Positions 63,044 to 64,000 of a stretch of DNA of 64,000 nt are shown piece after piece. Origin of the DNA: Scenedesmus sp. PABB004 (Eukaryota); the NCBI GenBank assembly GCA_014905635.1, contig JABVCE010000019.1, positions 558,001-622,000 on the forward strand. The letters run 5' to 3'. Within the stretch, counting starts at the first letter, position 1. Every line of letters begins with the position of its first letter. The notes below the pieces were generated by a model that searched no databases, was not told where the DNA came from, and saw only the letters and a program-made list of their open reading frames with translations. The position numbers and the translations under genes are program-made.

Positions 63044-64000
63044 ATGGCCGCCATTCCCTCCGCGCTGGTCTGGGAGTGCGTGAAGGGCCACAACTCGTTC
63101 GTGCGCAAGAACCTGAACGGCGCCATCTTCAGCGCCGAGCCGGGCAACCTGTACAACAAGCACAGCTACAAGTACAGCGGTGCGCCCGCTGGGGCCGCGG
63201 CCGGCGCGGCGGCGGCAGCGCAGCAGCAGCGGCGGCGGCGGCGCGTCGGCAGCAGCGGCGGCAGCAGCGGCGGCCGGCGGCCGCCGCCGCCGCCGCCCTC
63301 TCGCGCGTGCGCCGCCCCACCGCGGATCGGCGCGCTGGCTGGAGCACACGCCGGAGCGACAGCGGGCGGCGCGTGCCGGGGCCGGAGCGCACGGCTGCTC
63401 GCAGCAGCAGCGGCAGCGGCCGGAGCTGCAGCAGCGTCGGCGCGGGACGGCGCCCGTCGCTGATCTGCGCAGCTGGTGGCGCGCACGGCGGCGCCGCCGC
63501 CGACGCGCGCGCACGCGCCGCACGCCGCAGGCGTGGCCAACGCCAAGACCGTCGACATCACCGCCGAGGGCGACGCCGTCAAGGTGGGTCGAGGAGGGCC
63601 GGGCCGGATAAGGGGCCTCGCCGGGCTGCTGGACGGAGCAGACCCGGCTGGCGACGGCAGCACGGCGGCTGGCTGGCGGCGCGCGGCACGCGGCACGCCA
63701 GCAGCCCGGCGCCGGCGCCGCCGCCCGCGCGCGGCCGCGGCGGGCGCCGGATCCTCTGCCCGCGCCGGCCGGCAGCCGGGCCGGCCGGCCGCCAGGTGCC
63801 GGGCGCCGCTGCCCCAACACGCCGCTGCGGCCGCCCGCGCCCGCGCCTGCCGCAGGTGAGCAAGAAGCGGTCCAAGACGGCGCAGCAGCCGGCCAAGGGC
63901 CTGGCGGTGAGCGCGTCGAAGAAGCCCGGGCGCCGCGTGCTCAAGGCGGTGGCCAAGGACGTGGGCAGCTACCGCCCCGACCTCAAGGTGGGAGGGTTTG
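63044..64000 (+). CDS. RPL28: 60S ribosomal protein L28 (eL28), 3' end outside the window
   Basis: LVWECVKGHNSFVRK..FSAEPGNLYNKHSYKYSG|VANAKTV..YRPDLK; likely 5'UTR intron 62937-63026; pyrimidine tract at ~62900. Confidence 0.95.

Overview
This is very GC-rich (roughly 75-80% by eye), intron-dense nuclear DNA of a chlorophyte green alga, probably Sphaeropleales-like (TGTAA poly(A) signals, short GTGCGC..CAG introns, CCP carriers). Most six-frame ORFs are GC artefacts, so genes were rebuilt by splicing by eye. In order: a tandem array of at least 3 secreted purple acid phosphatases (~4.28 kb unit), an alpha/beta-hydrolase, PATROL1/DUF810, BUD23, BBIP1, APS kinase, an INTS4/SIEL-like HEAT protein, a papain protease, a chimeric TSP1-like gene, three GATA factors around chloroplast PGK and an orphan secreted gene, a bacterial-type metzincin, two CCP1/2-like carriers, three uncharacterised genes and RPL28. 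Main findings: (1) a ~6.1 kb palindrome with two head-to-head CCP genes whose 143 bp spacer is a captured piece of GATA exon 1; (2) a candidate bicistronic BBIP1-BUD23 mRNA (38 nt gap, no internal ATG); (3) frequent GC-AG introns; (4) two smaller inverted duplications that reshuffle promoters and first exons.
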